Assembly (NCBI GenBank): GCA_040386535.1
Contig: JAZKFH010000005.1
Span: 94,198-158,197, forward strand
Length of the DNA stretch: 64,000 bases
DNA from: Myxococcota bacterium
GTDB lineage: Bacteria; Myxococcota_A; UBA796; SXON01
Reading direction: 5' to 3'
Positions 9,468 through 20,707 of the stretch are shown here, piece after piece. The position numbers and the translations under genes were made by a program. The notes beneath the pieces are model-generated. The model did not search any database, had not been told where the DNA came from, and was given only the letters and a program-made list of their open reading frames with translations. Each line of letters starts with the position of its first letter. Position 1 is the first letter of the stretch.

Positions 9468-10787
9468 ATGGCTACCCGCTACCCCTGTCAGACCCCCTCC
9501 GGTTCGACCGACGCCTCCGCCGACGCGGCCGCCGAGCCCGGCGCCGTCGAGCCCCGCAAGACCGTGCACGTCAAGCGGGTCGACGAGTGCGAGACCCTCG
9601 ACGACCTGTTCACCTGGTGCCTCCCCGCGTTCGGCGGGGCGCTGTTGCGTCGCATCTACAAGATCCTCGACGAGGCCGTGGGCGCCGGCTGCCCCATCAC
9701 CCTCGCGATCGCGGGGCCCGCCACCGTGTCGGGCCAGCACCACACGTGGCTCAACCCGCTGCTCGAGACCGGCTGGATCGCGTACATCAGCACGACCGAC
9801 GCGGTGTGCTACCACGACGGCCACCGCAGCCTCGACGGGTTCAAGGACCCCATCCACGAGGTGCCCATCTTCGGGGACGACGGCGCCCTGCGCGACGAGA
9901 AGACCATCCGCGTCACCGACATGGCGTTCGACGAGGACGTGCTCCTCCACCAGGACAAGCTCCTCTCGAAGGCGCTGCAGCGCCCCGAGTTCCAGAAGAA
10001 GATGACCGGCACCGAGCTGCGCTACCTCCTCGGCGGCGTGTACGCCGAGCAGGAGCAGAAGAACGGCATCCGCGAGGGGCTGCTCGCCTGCGCGAACCGC
10101 CTCGCCATCCCCATCTTCGTGGGCGCCCCGGGCGACGGCAGCGTGTTCCTCAACTCGATGAAGCTCTGGGCCATGGCCAAGGCCGGGCTCATCCCCGAGT
10201 ACAAGCTCGATCTGGACCTGCACGGCGAGGTCTTCGAGGCCTGCGCCTACCACTACTGGGGCCTGTTCGAGGACCCCGTCGGCGCCCTCGCCACCCTCGT
10301 GCTCGGCGGCGGCGTCCCCAAGAACTACAACCTCCAGCCCGAGCCCGCGCTGGGCCAGGTGCTCGGCCTCCCCGACGTGACCGGCTACACGTTCGACGTG
10401 CAGATCGTCAGCTCCCCCGTGACCGACGGCTCCCTCTCCTCGTGCCCCCCCGCCGAGGCCGTCACCTGGGGCAAGGTCGACCGCGACACCTACGTCCAGA
10501 CCACCGAGAGCATGCAGGGCGACTACTCGATGCTCATGCCCTTCCTCGTGAAGGCGCTGCTCGACAACCGCGCCAAGTACGCGCGCTGGGCCGAGAAGAT
10601 GGGCGAGGAGGAGCTCTTCGCCAAGCACCCCAAGGCCCGCGGCTACCTGCGCCCGCGCGAGGGCTACCGCCTCTACGAGAACCGCGACCGCCTCACCGCG
10701 CGCCTGCTCGACGAGGTGCGGAACAACAAGGAATGGTTGTTGGACAGCCTGGAGTACCCGCTCGGGGCCGGCGCGGGCGCGAAGTAG
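9468..10787 (+). CDS. Deoxyhypusine synthase family protein (probable homospermidine synthase-type)
   Basis: GAPGDGS, LGGGVPKNY, DGSLSSCPPAEAVTWGK containing the catalytic Lys motif. Confidence 0.9.
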   Translation: MATRYPCQTPSGSTDASADAAAEPGAVEPRKTVHVKRVDECETLDDLFTWCLPAFGGALLRRIYKILDEAVGAGCPITLAIAGPATVSGQHHTWLNPLLETGWIAYISTTDAVCYHDGHRSLDGFKDPIHEVPIFGDDGALRDEKTIRVTDMAFDEDVLLHQDKLLSKALQRPEFQKKMTGTELRYLLGGVYAEQEQKNGIREGLLACANRLAIPIFVGAPGDGSVFLNSMKLWAMAKAGLIPEYKLDLDLHGEVFEACAYHYWGLFEDPVGALATLVLGGGVPKNYNLQPEPALGQVLGLPDVTGYTFDVQIVSSPVTDGSLSSCPPAEAVTWGKVDRDTYVQTTESMQGDYSMLMPFLVKALLDNRAKYARWAEKMGEEELFAKHPKARGYLRPREGYRLYENRDRLTARLLDEVRNNKEWLLDSLEYPLGAGAGAK

Positions 10788-11035
10788 GACTGCGGGCGTG
10801 CCCCGGCGCGGCGCCGGGTCGGCCTCCTCCGGGCGCGCGGCTGCCGCCGCTTGGTCGGCCGGGCCCGCGCGCGCGCGGGCGGCGGCCGGACCGCCCCGCG
10901 CAGCGGGGCGCCCTGCGGAGGCCTCACGCGGGGCATCAGCGCGGGAACGCCGCCCGACCGCTCAAAACCCGCACTCACGACGCAGCAGCCCCCTCCCCCA
11001 CCGGTTAGATCGGTCCGCCCGCCCCGGATCCGCTC

Positions 11036-12373
11036 ATGACCGAGCTCCTGGCGGCCCGCGCCCAGATGGCGCTGAGCCTCGGCTTCCACATCGTGTTCGC
11101 GAGCATCGGCGTCGCGATGCCGTTCCTGATGGCCGCCGCGCACTGGAAGTGGCTGCGCACCGGCGATCCGCTGTACCGCACGCTGACGAAGGCGTGGTCG
11201 AAGGGCGTGGCGATCTTCTTCGCGGTCGGGGCCGTGTCGGGCACCGCGCTGTCGTTCGAGCTGGGGCTGCTCTGGCCGGGCTTCATGGAGCACGCGGGGC
11301 CGATCATCGGCATGCCTTTTTCGTGGGAGGGCGGGGCGTTCTTCCTCGAGGCGATCGCGCTCGGCGTGTTCCTCTACGGCTGGGACCGCGTGCCGCGCTG
11401 GGCGCACTGGGGCAGCGGGGTGGTGGTGGGGCTCTCGGGCGTGGCGTCGGCGATGTTCGTCATCTGCGCGAACGCGTGGATGAACTCGCCCGCGGGCTTC
11501 GACTGGAACGGCGGGAACCCCACGAACGTGGATCCGTGGGCGGCGATGTTCAACGACAGCTGGCTCATCCAGGGCGTGCACATGGTGGTCGCGGCGTTCG
11601 AGGCGGTGGGCTTCGCCGTCGCAGGGCTGCACGCGCTCCTGTGGCTCCGCACGCGCCTGCCCGTGCACGCCGCCGCGCTGCGCATCGCGTTCGCGGTCGG
11701 GGCGATCGCCGCGCTGGTGCAGCCGCTCGTGGGCGACTTCGCCGCGAAAAGTGTCGCCGTGCGCCAACCCGCGAAGCTCGCCGCGATGGAGGCCCTCTTC
11801 GAGACGCAGTCGGACGCGCCGCTGCTCGTGGGCGGGATCCCCGACGTGGAGACGCGGACCGTGCGGTGGGGCCTGGAGATCCCGTACGCGCTCTCCTTCC
11901 TCGCGCACGGCGACCCGCACGCAGAGGTCATCGGCCTCGACCGCATCCCCCGCGACGAGTGGCCGCCCGTGCCGATCGTCCACTACGCGTTCCAGGTGAT
12001 GGTCGGCGTGGGCACGCTGCTCGCGGGCGTCGGCGCGGTCGGCCTGATCGCGCTGTGGCGGCGGCCCTCGCTCTTCGAGCACCGTCACTTCCTGCGCGTG
12101 CTCGTGCTGTGCACGCCGCTGGGGTTCCTCGCGCTGGAGGCGGGCTGGGTGGTGACCGAGGTGGGCCGCCAGCCGTGGATCATCTACGGCCTGATGCGCA
12201 CGGCCGAGGCGCTCACGCCACGGCCCGGAATCATCGTGACCTTCTCGGTGTACGCCGTGCTCTACGGCTTCCTCGCCCTGGTCGTGAGCCTGCTGCTCGC
12301 GCGGCAGATCCTGTCGCTCCACCGTGACCTCGCGGCGCGCCCGGGCGGCCCCCCGCCTTCGAAGGAGGCGTGA
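11036..12373 (+). CDS. cydA: Cytochrome bd ubiquinol oxidase subunit I (short Q-loop type)
   Basis: LGFHIVF, GAVSG...FE, ANAWMNSPAG, QPAKLAAME, EAGWVVTEVGRQPW. Confidence 0.97.
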   Translation: MTELLAARAQMALSLGFHIVFASIGVAMPFLMAAAHWKWLRTGDPLYRTLTKAWSKGVAIFFAVGAVSGTALSFELGLLWPGFMEHAGPIIGMPFSWEGGAFFLEAIALGVFLYGWDRVPRWAHWGSGVVVGLSGVASAMFVICANAWMNSPAGFDWNGGNPTNVDPWAAMFNDSWLIQGVHMVVAAFEAVGFAVAGLHALLWLRTRLPVHAAALRIAFAVGAIAALVQPLVGDFAAKSVAVRQPAKLAAMEALFETQSDAPLLVGGIPDVETRTVRWGLEIPYALSFLAHGDPHAEVIGLDRIPRDEWPPVPIVHYAFQVMVGVGTLLAGVGAVGLIALWRRPSLFEHRHFLRVLVLCTPLGFLALEAGWVVTEVGRQPWIIYGLMRTAEALTPRPGIIVTFSVYAVLYGFLALVVSLLLARQILSLHRDLAARPGGPPPSKEA

Positions 12374-13401
12374 TGCTGGCCCTCGTCCTGTTGTTCCTCG
12401 CGGTCTCGCTCCTCCTGTACGTCCTGTTGGCGGGGGCCGACTTCGGCGCGGGCATCCTCGAGATCTTCCTGGGGCAACGGCGGCGTGACGATCAGCGCGC
12501 GCTGATCTCCCACGCGATGGCCCCGGTGTGGGAGGCCAACCACGTGTGGTTGATCCTCGCGGTGGTGATCCTGTTCATGGCGTTTCCCACCGTCTACACG
12601 ACGCTGTCGATCTACCTCTACATCCCGCTCGTGGCGCTGCTCATGGGGATCGTGGCCCGCGGCACGGCGTTCACCTTCCGCCACTACGACACCCTCACCA
12701 CCGAATGGCACGGCGTGTACTCGCGGGTGTTCCAGGTCTCGAGCTTGTGGACCTCGATGGTGCTCGGCGCGTTGGCGGGCGCGCTCGTGCTCGGCCGCAT
12801 CGAGCTCGACAGCGCCAACACGTACACCACCTACGTCGCGCCGTGGCTCAACCTGTTCTGCCTCGCGATGGGGGTGTTCACGAGCGCCCTGTTCGCCCTG
12901 CTCGCGGCGGTGTTCCTGGTCGGCGAGGCCGAGGACGACGAGCTCCGCGCCCTGTTCCAGCACAAGGCGCGCGTGGCCGCGCTGGTCCTCGTGGCGGCGG
13001 GCGCCGCGGTCTTCGGCACGGCGCAGCTGAACGGCCTGCCGCTGCTCCGCAGCTTCTTCGGCACTCCGGCGAGCGTCGGGGCCTTCGTCCTCGCCACCGC
13101 GCTACTCCCGCCGTTCTGGCGCGCGCTTTCCCATGCCGATGGCGGGCGAACTCGCGCGCGTATTCTCGGCGCATCCATCGTGACCCTGGTCATGCTCGGC
13201 TGGTTCGCGGTGCAGTACCCCGTGGCGTTGCGGCTGGCGCACGGCGCCATCACGTTCCCCGAGGCCGCCGCCCCCGACGCCACGCTACGCGCCCTGCTCG
13301 GCGCGTTGTTCGTCGGTTCGGCCCTGATCTTTCCCGGGCTCGGGTACCTGTTCTGGGTCTTCAAGCGGGGCACGTTCGAGCGCGAGCGGCACGAGTTCTA
13401 A
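12373..13401 (+). CDS. cydB: Cytochrome bd ubiquinol oxidase subunit II
   Basis: [31 protein letters not shown] overlap with cydA. Confidence 0.96.
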   Translation: MLALVLLFLAVSLLLYVLLAGADFGAGILEIFLGQRRRDDQRALISHAMAPVWEANHVWLILAVVILFMAFPTVYTTLSIYLYIPLVALLMGIVARGTAFTFRHYDTLTTEWHGVYSRVFQVSSLWTSMVLGALAGALVLGRIELDSANTYTTYVAPWLNLFCLAMGVFTSALFALLAAVFLVGEAEDDELRALFQHKARVAALVLVAAGAAVFGTAQLNGLPLLRSFFGTPASVGAFVLATALLPPFWRALSHADGGRTRARILGASIVTLVMLGWFAVQYPVALRLAHGAITFPEAAAPDATLRALLGALFVGSALIFPGLGYLFWVFKRGTFERERHEF

Positions 13402-13447
13402 GCGGCGGCTCCGTAGGCGCCCCCCCCAGGACGGCCAGTTGAGCGGA

Positions 13448-13503
13448 GGGACGAAATGTACCGCGACGTCACCGTGCGTCAAAATCGTGTACATTCGCGT
13501 CCC
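13448..13503. promoter_or_regulatory. Imperfect inverted repeat upstream of the large surface-protein gene
   Basis: GGGACG-AAATGTAC...GTACATT-CG-CGTCCC; core AATGTAC-N27-GTACATT. Confidence 0.35.
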
Positions 13504-13534
13504 AAACTTACAGACCGCTTGCCTCGGAGTCCGA

Positions 13535-16500
13535 ATGCCCCGCTTCACGTCCTCGCGGAACCGCCGCTTCCCCGCTCACCTCGCCGCCGCCGTCGGCGTG
13601 ATCGGCTGCGCGTTGTGGTCCGCCCCGGCCCACGCCACGCTGACCCAGGTGATGGCCATCTCCGGCCCGTACGACTTCTCGATCGACGGCGCGGGCTCCG
13701 CATCGGCGAGCTCGCACACGCTCACGATCAACAAGCCCAGCTCGACCGCGACCGTCTACGCGGTGTTCGCGTCGATCACCGGCGTCTCCAGCCAGGGTGA
13801 TCCCGGCTCCGGCGCCCTTCGCGTCGCCGGCACGCTCGTGTCGCTCGACCAGCGCGGGGTCTCGTCCGACAGCGCCGTATACACGCGCTATGACGACGTC
13901 ACCGCCGAGGTCGGCGCGTACTTCAACGCGCTCCCGGCCGGCGCGAACAGCGTCAACGTCACCGAGACCGTGGCGGCCACCCAGTCCGACGGCGCCGCCC
14001 TCTACGTGGTCTGGGAGGACGCGGCGACGCTCCCCGTCTCCACCCTGGCGCTCGCGCTCGGCAGCAGCTTCACCTACGCCCGCCCGTCCACCACGATCAC
14101 CGTCAACCCGATCGACACCGACGTGCCGGACTTCAACGTCACCATGGGCGTCGGAATCTCGTTCTCGGCCGGCTACAGCTACGGGCAGTACTCGGGGATC
14201 GCCTTCAACGGCACCAGCATCTACGACCGCACGGGCGGCTACGAAGACGGCACGCTGGCGAACGGTGCCCTGATCACGATCGGTGGAGACGGGGACTCCA
14301 CCGACTCCGAGGTGTACGACGTCACCGGCTACGTGGACGACGGCGACACGGAGATGACCGTCTCGCTGAGCGGCCTCTCGGCGGACGACTACAACTTCGC
14401 CATCTGGATCAAGGCCCTCGGCGTCGGCCTCGAGGGCGTCGACACCTGCGGCGACTACACGGTCACCGGCACCGAAGAGTGTGACGACGGCAACCTCGAC
14501 GACGGCGACGGCTGCTCGAGCCTCTGCCAGGGCGAGGACGACGACGGCGACGGCCTGACCAACGCCGACGAGGTGATCTGGGGCACGGACCCGCTGAACC
14601 CCGACTCCGACGGCGACGGCCTGCTCGACGGCGCGGAGGTGCACACCCACGGCACCAACCCCCTCGACGCCGACACGGACGACGACGGCCTGGGTGACGG
14701 CGTCGAGGTCAACGGGACCGACACCAACCCGCTCGACTCCGACAGCGACGACGACGGCCTGGGCGACGGTACCGAGGTGGTCACCACCGACACCGACCCG
14801 AACGACGCCGACTCCGACAACGGCGGCGTGGGCGACGGCACCGAGGTCAGCGAAGGCCTCGACCCGAACGACGGCACCGACGACGACCCCGACGGCGACG
14901 GCCTCAGCAACGGCGAAGAGGCGGTGGTCGGCAGCGACCCGTACGACGCCGACAGCGACGACGACGGCCTGGCCGACGGCACCGAAGTCGACGGCACCGA
15001 CACCGATCCGACGAACCCCGACAGCGACGGCGACGGCCTGGGCGACGGCACCGAGGTCGACGGCACCGACACCGATCCGAACGACCCCGACTCCGACTCC
15101 GACGGCCTCGGGGATGGCACGGAGGTCGACGAGACCAGCACCGACCCGAACGACAACGACAGCGACGGGGACGGCCTGGGCGACGGCACCGAGGTCGACG
15201 AGACCAACACCGACCCGAACGACGCGGACACCGACGGGGACGGCCTGGGCGACGGCACCGAGATCGACACGACCGACACCGACCCGACGGACGCCGACAG
15301 CGACGACGACGGCCTGGGCGACGGCACCGAGGTCGACTCGAGCGGCACCGACCCGAACGACTCCGACAGTGACGACGACGGCCTGGGTGACGGCACCGAG
15401 GTCGACTCGACCAACACGGATCCGAACGCGGACGACAGCGACGGGGACGGCCTGGGCGACGCGTACGAGGTCAACGAGACCGACACCGACCCGAACGACG
15501 GCGACACCGACGGGGACGGCCTGGGCGACGGCGTCGAGCACACCGCGCTCGGCACCGATCCCCTCGACACCGACACCGACGACGACGGCCTGACCGACGG
15601 AGACGAGGTGGACGGCTGGAGCACCGATCCGCTCGACACCGACTCGGACCACGACGGGCTCTCCGACTCCGTCGAGATCACCGACACCGGCACCGACCCG
15701 CTCGACGCGGACACGGACAACGGCGGCACGATCGACGGGGCCGAGGTGGCCGCGGGCACCGACCCGTACGCCCCCGGTGACGACGTGTCCGGCACGGACG
15801 AGGACGGCGACTTCCTCGACGCCGAGGAGGAGGCCGCCATCGGCACCGACCCGACCCTCGCGGACACCGATGGCGACGGTGTCTCCGACAGCGACGAGCT
15901 CGTGGTGACCCACACCGATCCGACCGACTCCGACTCCGACTCCGATGGCCTCGGGGACGGCGCCGAGGTGGCCGCGGGCACCGACCCGCGTGACGCCGAC
16001 ACCGACGACGACGGCCTGGACGACGCGAGCGAGGGCGAGTTCGGCACCGACCCCCTGGTGGCGGACAGCGACGGCGGCGGCGTGAACGACGGCGCCGAGG
16101 TCGCGTCCGACAGCGACCCGCTCGACGCCTTCGACGACGTGGGCGAGGGCGCCGACGCCGACGGTGACGGCCTCACCGACGACGAGGAGTCCGCGCTCGG
16201 CTCCGAGCCCAACACCGCCGACACCGACGGCGACGGCCTGCTCGACGGCGCCGAGGTGGCCGCCGGGACCGACCCGACGCTCCCCGACTCCGACGGCGAC
16301 GGCCTGTCCGACAGCGACGAAGCCACGGCCGGCAGCGACCCGAACGACTTCGACACCGACTCCGACGGCCTCGGGGACGGCGCCGAGGTGCACGTGCACG
16401 GCACCGACCCGACCGACGCCGACACGGACGACGGCGGCGTGGGCGACGGCGTCGAGGTCGGCGACGACACCGACCTGCTCGATCCCAGCGACGACGGCGC

Positions 16501-17134
16501 GGGGGACGACACCGACGGCGACGGCCTGACCAACGGCGAGGAGACCGTCATCGGGACCGACCCGAACGACCCCGACACCGACGACGACGGCCTCGGGGAC
16601 GGCGTGGAGGTCGGCACCACCGTGACCGATCCGCTCGATCCGGACTCGGACGACGACGGCCTGGGCGACGGCGAAGAGGTCGACACGACCGGCACCGATC
16701 CGAACGATGCCGACAGTGACGACGGCGGCGTGAACGACGGGACCGAGGTCGACGAGGGCACGAACCCGCTCGATCCGGTGGACGACGACGCCGACGGCGA
16801 CGGCCTCGACAACGGCGAGGAGGCGCTGAACGGCACCGACCCGACCAACCCCGACACCGACGGCGACGGCCTCACCGACGGCGCCGAGGTCGACACGCAC
16901 GGCACCGACCCGAACGACGCGGACACCGACGACGGCACCGTGAACGACGGCGACGAGGTCGAGAACGGCACCAACCCGGTGGACGACCCCACGGACGACG
17001 TGCCCGCCATCATCGAGGAGGAGCGCACCGGTCGCTACCTCGGCGGTTGCTCGACCAGCGGCGGCGAGGGCGCCCCCGCGGCGGCCTTGCTCCTCGCGGC
17101 GGCCCTGCTCGCCCGTCGTCGCAAGTCGGTCTAG
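13535..17134 (+). CDS. Large MYXO-CTERM surface protein: N-terminal beta domain, myxobacterial Cys-rich repeat, ~35 bacterial TSP3-type Ca-binding repeats
   Basis: Signal peptide (APAHA); [27 protein letters not shown]; tandem TDPxxxDxDxDGLxDGxE units; tail GGCSTSGG...[18 protein letters not shown]. Confidence 0.9.
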   Translation: MPRFTSSRNRRFPAHLAAAVGVIGCALWSAPAHATLTQVMAISGPYDFSIDGAGSASASSHTLTINKPSSTATVYAVFASITGVSSQGDPGSGALRVAGTLVSLDQRGVSSDSAVYTRYDDVTAEVGAYFNALPAGANSVNVTETVAATQSDGAALYVVWEDAATLPVSTLALALGSSFTYARPSTTITVNPIDTDVPDFNVTMGVGISFSAGYSYGQYSGIAFNGTSIYDRTGGYEDGTLANGALITIGGDGDSTDSEVYDVTGYVDDGDTEMTVSLSGLSADDYNFAIWIKALGVGLEGVDTCGDYTVTGTEECDDGNLDDGDGCSSLCQGEDDDGDGLTNADEVIWGTDPLNPDSDGDGLLDGAEVHTHGTNPLDADTDDDGLGDGVEVNGTDTNPLDSDSDDDGLGDGTEVVTTDTDPNDADSDNGGVGDGTEVSEGLDPNDGTDDDPDGDGLSNGEEAVVGSDPYDADSDDDGLADGTEVDGTDTDPTNPDSDGDGLGDGTEVDGTDTDPNDPDSDSDGLGDGTEVDETSTDPNDNDSDGDGLGDGTEVDETNTDPNDADTDGDGLGDGTEIDTTDTDPTDADSDDDGLGDGTEVDSSGTDPNDSDSDDDGLGDGTEVDSTNTDPNADDSDGDGLGDAYEVNETDTDPNDGDTDGDGLGDGVEHTALGTDPLDTDTDDDGLTDGDEVDGWSTDPLDTDSDHDGLSDSVEITDTGTDPLDADTDNGGTIDGAEVAAGTDPYAPGDDVSGTDEDGDFLDAEEEAAIGTDPTLADTDGDGVSDSDELVVTHTDPTDSDSDSDGLGDGAEVAAGTDPRDADTDDDGLDDASEGEFGTDPLVADSDGGGVNDGAEVASDSDPLDAFDDVGEGADADGDGLTDDEESALGSEPNTADTDGDGLLDGAEVAAGTDPTLPDSDGDGLSDSDEATAGSDPNDFDTDSDGLGDGAEVHVHGTDPTDADTDDGGVGDGVEVGDDTDLLDPSDDGAGDDTDGDGLTNGEETVIGTDPNDPDTDDDGLGDGVEVGTTVTDPLDPDSDDDGLGDGEEVDTTGTDPNDADSDDGGVNDGTEVDEGTNPLDPVDDDADGDGLDNGEEALNGTDPTNPDTDGDGLTDGAEVDTHGTDPNDADTDDGTVNDGDEVENGTNPVDDPTDDVPAIIEEERTGRYLGGCSTSGGEGAPAAALLLAAALLARRRKSV
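14540..16990 (+). repeat. Intragenic tandem ~23-24 aa acidic TSP3-like repeats
   Basis: Recurrent GACGGCCTGGGCGACGGCACCGAGGTCGAC units with a ~69-72 nt period; boundaries approximate. Confidence 0.9.
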
Positions 17135-17195
17135 GCCGTCCCCTCCCCTCTCCCGAATCTACGAGGGCCGTTCGCGGCCCGCTCTCGGAGCTCTC

Positions 17196-18905
17196 ATGTT
17201 GACCCTGCTCTCCCTCCTCACGCCGTTCGCGGCGGCGCAGTCGACCGATGGGGCCGTCCCCGCGATCAACGCGCAGAATTTCCGCCCGTCCATCGACTCG
17301 ACCCGCACCCTCTGGGTGGATGACGCCTCGGTGCAGGACCGCACCTACATGGGGCGCCTGCTCTTCCACTACGTCGCGAACCCGCTCGTGTACGAGTACG
17401 ACGACGGCGAGCGCGTCGAGCTGGTGAGCGACGTGCTCCAGGCCGACCTGACCGCGGGCGTGCGGGTCTGGAAGCTGCGCTTCGGCGCCGACCTCCCGCT
17501 GTACCTCGTGCAGTCCGGCGAAGCCGGGCAGGGTGTCGGCCTCGGCGACATCGGGCTCGACGCCAAGCTCGGCATCCTCGACCGCGAGAAGGCGGCGCTC
17601 GGCCTCGCGCTGAGCACGCGGATCACGCTCCCCACGGCGACCGTGACCAACGCGCTCGGCTCGCCCAACACGGGCTGGGAGATCGACGCCATCGTCGACC
17701 GCAAGCTCGGCAAGGCCCTGCTCGCGCTCAACGTTGGCGTGCGCGGCGGCCCCAAGACCGAGCTCGAGAACGTGTCGCTCGACGACTTTCTCGTGGCCCG
17801 CCTCGCCGGTGGCTACGCGCTCTCCGACAACGCGGGCATGGCGCTCGAGCTCGCGGGCGAGAAGTCCCTCTCCGCGCCGTTCGACAACGCGGCCGGCCTC
17901 CCGCTCGAGTGGATGGCGACCGGGTACGGATACCTCACCAACGCGCTCGTCGTGCGTGGCGGCGTCGGCACCGGCCTCACCTCCGGCATCGGGAGCCCCG
18001 ACTTCCGCGTGGCGGTGGGCATCGGCCTCGAGCCCCGCACGAAGGTGGAAGACGGGCCCAAGGACAAGGACAAGGACGGCGTGCTCGACCCCGCCGACAC
18101 CTGCCCCACCAAGCCCGAGGACATGGACAGCTTCGAGGACGCCGACGGCTGCCCCGACCTGGACAACGACCAGGACACCGTGCCCGACGCGTCGGACGCG
18201 TGCATCAACGACCCCGAGGATCGCGACTCCGTCAAGGACACCGACGGCTGCCCCGAGCCCGAGGTCGCCGTGAAGGTGCGCCTGATCGACGCCGCGACCT
18301 CCCAGGCCATCGGCGCCGGCCGCGTCGTGGTCAAGGGCGCGGGCGCCGAGTCCTCCGGTGGCGCGGTCGAGGTGTTCGAGCTGCTCCCGGGCAGCTACGA
18401 GGCCGCCGGCACCGCGGTGAACTACCAGCCCGCCACCATGGCCTTCGAGGTCAAGGAGGGCGCGACGGTCGACGTGAAGCTCACCCCCGAGGCCGAGACC
18501 AAGATCACGGTGACCCGCGATCGCATCGACCTGCGCGAGGAGGTCAACTTCGACCTCGCCACCGCCGACATCCAGAAGCGGTCGTACCCCCTGCTGGAGC
18601 AGGTGGCGAAGGTGATGAACACCTACCCGGAGATCCTGGTGCTCCGCGTCGAGGGCCACACCGACAGCCGCGGGGACGACGCCTACAACCTCGACCTCTC
18701 GCAGCGCCGCGCCGACGCCGTCAAGGCCTGGCTCGTGGCGAAGGGCGTCGCCGCCGATCGCCTCGTCGCGCAGGGCCTCGGCGAGTCCAAGCCCCTCGAC
18801 CCCGCCGAGACCGACGCCGCGTGGGCCAAGAACCGCCGCGTGGACGTGTTCATCGAGCGTTGGGCCGAGCCGGTGGCGCCCGCCGCACCCGCCGCACCCA
18901 AGTAG
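17196..18905 (+). CDS. TraB-like outer-membrane protein: beta-barrel, TSP3 repeats, Ig-like domain, OmpA domain
   Basis: GLGDIGLDAK and GIGSPDFRV barrel motifs; DKDKDGVLDPADTCP...EDADGCPD; VEGHTDSRGDDAYNLDLSQRRA...NRRV. Confidence 0.9.
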   Translation: MLTLLSLLTPFAAAQSTDGAVPAINAQNFRPSIDSTRTLWVDDASVQDRTYMGRLLFHYVANPLVYEYDDGERVELVSDVLQADLTAGVRVWKLRFGADLPLYLVQSGEAGQGVGLGDIGLDAKLGILDREKAALGLALSTRITLPTATVTNALGSPNTGWEIDAIVDRKLGKALLALNVGVRGGPKTELENVSLDDFLVARLAGGYALSDNAGMALELAGEKSLSAPFDNAAGLPLEWMATGYGYLTNALVVRGGVGTGLTSGIGSPDFRVAVGIGLEPRTKVEDGPKDKDKDGVLDPADTCPTKPEDMDSFEDADGCPDLDNDQDTVPDASDACINDPEDRDSVKDTDGCPEPEVAVKVRLIDAATSQAIGAGRVVVKGAGAESSGGAVEVFELLPGSYEAAGTAVNYQPATMAFEVKEGATVDVKLTPEAETKITVTRDRIDLREEVNFDLATADIQKRSYPLLEQVAKVMNTYPEILVLRVEGHTDSRGDDAYNLDLSQRRADAVKAWLVAKGVAADRLVAQGLGESKPLDPAETDAAWAKNRRVDVFIERWAEPVAPAAPAAPK

Positions 18906-18920
18906 CGGCAAGGCAACGAA

Positions 18921-18958
18921 CGGCGGGCTCCCTCGGGTGAGGGGGCCCGCTGCTGTTT
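18921..18958. terminator. Hairpin, probable intrinsic (possibly bidirectional) terminator
   Basis: CGGCGGGCTCCCTC-GGGT-GAGGGGGCCCGCTG then CTGTTT, between convergent genes. Confidence 0.65.
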
Positions 18959-18965
18959 CAGGGCA

Positions 18966-20597
18966 TCAGGACGTCACCGGGAACGAGTACCCGCCAAACT
19001 GCTCCCGCAACGTCCGCTTGAGGATCTTGCCCGTGGCCCCGATGGGCAAGGCCTCGACGAACTCGATGGCGTCGGGCAGCCACCACTTCACGAGGCGCGC
19101 TTCGAGGAACGCGTGGAGCTCCTCGCGGGTCGGGTCCGCGCCGGGCGCGCGCACGACGATCAGGAGGGGACGCTCGCCCCACTTGGGATGTGGGAGGCCG
19201 ATCGCGGCGGCCTGGGCCACGCCGGGGTGCCCGACGGCGGCGTTCTCGAGATCGATGCTGCTCACCCACTCGCCGCCCGACTTGATGACATCCTTGCTGC
19301 GGTCGGTGATCTGCATGTAGCCGTCGGGATCGATCGTCGCGATGTCACCGGTGACGAACCAACTGTCGACGTGGCTGGCGCCGTCGGCCGGATCCTGCTT
19401 GAAATACGCGCTCGCCACCCACGGGCCGCGAACCTGGAGATGCCCGGAGGTGACACCGTCGTGCGGCACGATGGCGCCGGTGTCGTCGACCAGGCGCAGA
19501 TCCACGCCGAAGATGGGGCGCCCCTGCTTGGACTTGACGGGGAGCGTGGCGTCGTACGGGAGGCCCTGGTGCTTGGGAAGCATCACGTTGGCGGTGCCGA
19601 GCGGGCTGGTCTCCGTCATGCCCCACGCGTGGAGGACGCGCGCGCCGTGCTCCTCCTCGAACGCCCGGATCATGCTCGGCGGGCACGCGGCGCCGCCGAT
19701 CGTCACCTTGGTGACCGTCGTGAGGCGGCGCTCCACGGAGCGGAGGTGCCCGAGCAGGTTGGCCCACACCGTCGGCACGCCGAGCAGGCTGGTGACACGC
19801 TCGGTGTCGATGAGCTCGAGGAGGCTCTTGCCGTCGAGCCCCGGCCCGGGCAACACGAGCTTGGACCCGGTCATCGCCGCGGCGTAGGGCACGCCCCACG
19901 CGTTGACGTGGAACATCGGCACGACCGGCAACGTCACGTCCGCCGCGGAGATGGCGAGCGCGTCCGCCATCGCGATGCCATACGAATGGAGCACGGTGGA
20001 GCGGTGGGAGTAGAGCACCCCCTTGGGGAAGCCGGCGGTGCCCGACGTGTAGCAGAGCGAGGAGGCGGTGCGCTCGTCGAGCTCGGGCCACTCGAACGCC
20101 TCGGGCTCGGGCGCCAGGAGCCCCTCGTAGTCCACGGCGCCGGGCAGATCCGCGGGGAGGTGCGCCGCGTCCGTCATCGCGACGATCTGGCGCACGGAAG
20201 GGCAATTTGCCGCAGCGAGCTCCGCAAGCCTGGCGAAGGTCGTGTCGAAGAAGATCAGGCTGTCTTCGGCGTGGTTGATCACGTAGCAGAGCTGGTCGGG
20301 CGGCAGGCGCGGGTTGATGGTGTGGAGCACGGCGCCCATGCCCGACACGGCGAAGTAAAGCTCGAGGTGGCGGTGGGTGTTCCACGCGACGGTGGCCACG
20401 CGGTCGCCCGGCTTCACGCCGAGGCGCGTCAAGGCGTGCGCGAGCTGGGCGGCCCGGCGCGCGATGCTCCCGTAGGTGCCGCGGTGGATGGGGCCTTCGA
20501 CCGTGCGCGACACCACCTCGATGGCGCCATGGAAGCGGGCGGCGAACGTGAGCTGTCGCGAGATGAGCAGGGGCTCGTCCATCATCAGGCCAATCAT
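18966..20597 (-). CDS. Acyl-CoA ligase (long-chain fatty acid/DmdB-like)
   Basis: MIGLMMDEPL, YTSGTAGFPKGVLYSHRS, PMFHVNAWG, HAWGMTE, TGDIA, DRSKDVIKSGGEW. Confidence 0.93.
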   Translation of the reverse strand: MIGLMMDEPLLISRQLTFAARFHGAIEVVSRTVEGPIHRGTYGSIARRAAQLAHALTRLGVKPGDRVATVAWNTHRHLELYFAVSGMGAVLHTINPRLPPDQLCYVINHAEDSLIFFDTTFARLAELAAANCPSVRQIVAMTDAAHLPADLPGAVDYEGLLAPEPEAFEWPELDERTASSLCYTSGTAGFPKGVLYSHRSTVLHSYGIAMADALAISAADVTLPVVPMFHVNAWGVPYAAAMTGSKLVLPGPGLDGKSLLELIDTERVTSLLGVPTVWANLLGHLRSVERRLTTVTKVTIGGAACPPSMIRAFEEEHGARVLHAWGMTETSPLGTANVMLPKHQGLPYDATLPVKSKQGRPIFGVDLRLVDDTGAIVPHDGVTSGHLQVRGPWVASAYFKQDPADGASHVDSWFVTGDIATIDPDGYMQITDRSKDVIKSGGEWVSSIDLENAAVGHPGVAQAAAIGLPHPKWGERPLLIVVRAPGADPTREELHAFLEARLVKWWLPDAIEFVEALPIGATGKILKRTLREQFGGYSFPVTS

Positions 20598-20707
20598 CGG
20601 GGCTCCGGGGTGGGGCATCGTACCGCAGCCCGCTCGACGACGACCGCTCGCGTCGGCAAGGGGCGTCACTCTGCGCGATCGAGTGACGCCCCGGGTATCG
20701 CCGAGAG

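Noticed and set aside
13508..17028. Long antisense ORFs (1130 and 857 aa), and similar ones such as 23400-27080 and 52034-52792
   Set aside because: Shadow frames of high-GC or repetitive genes with no motifs of their own
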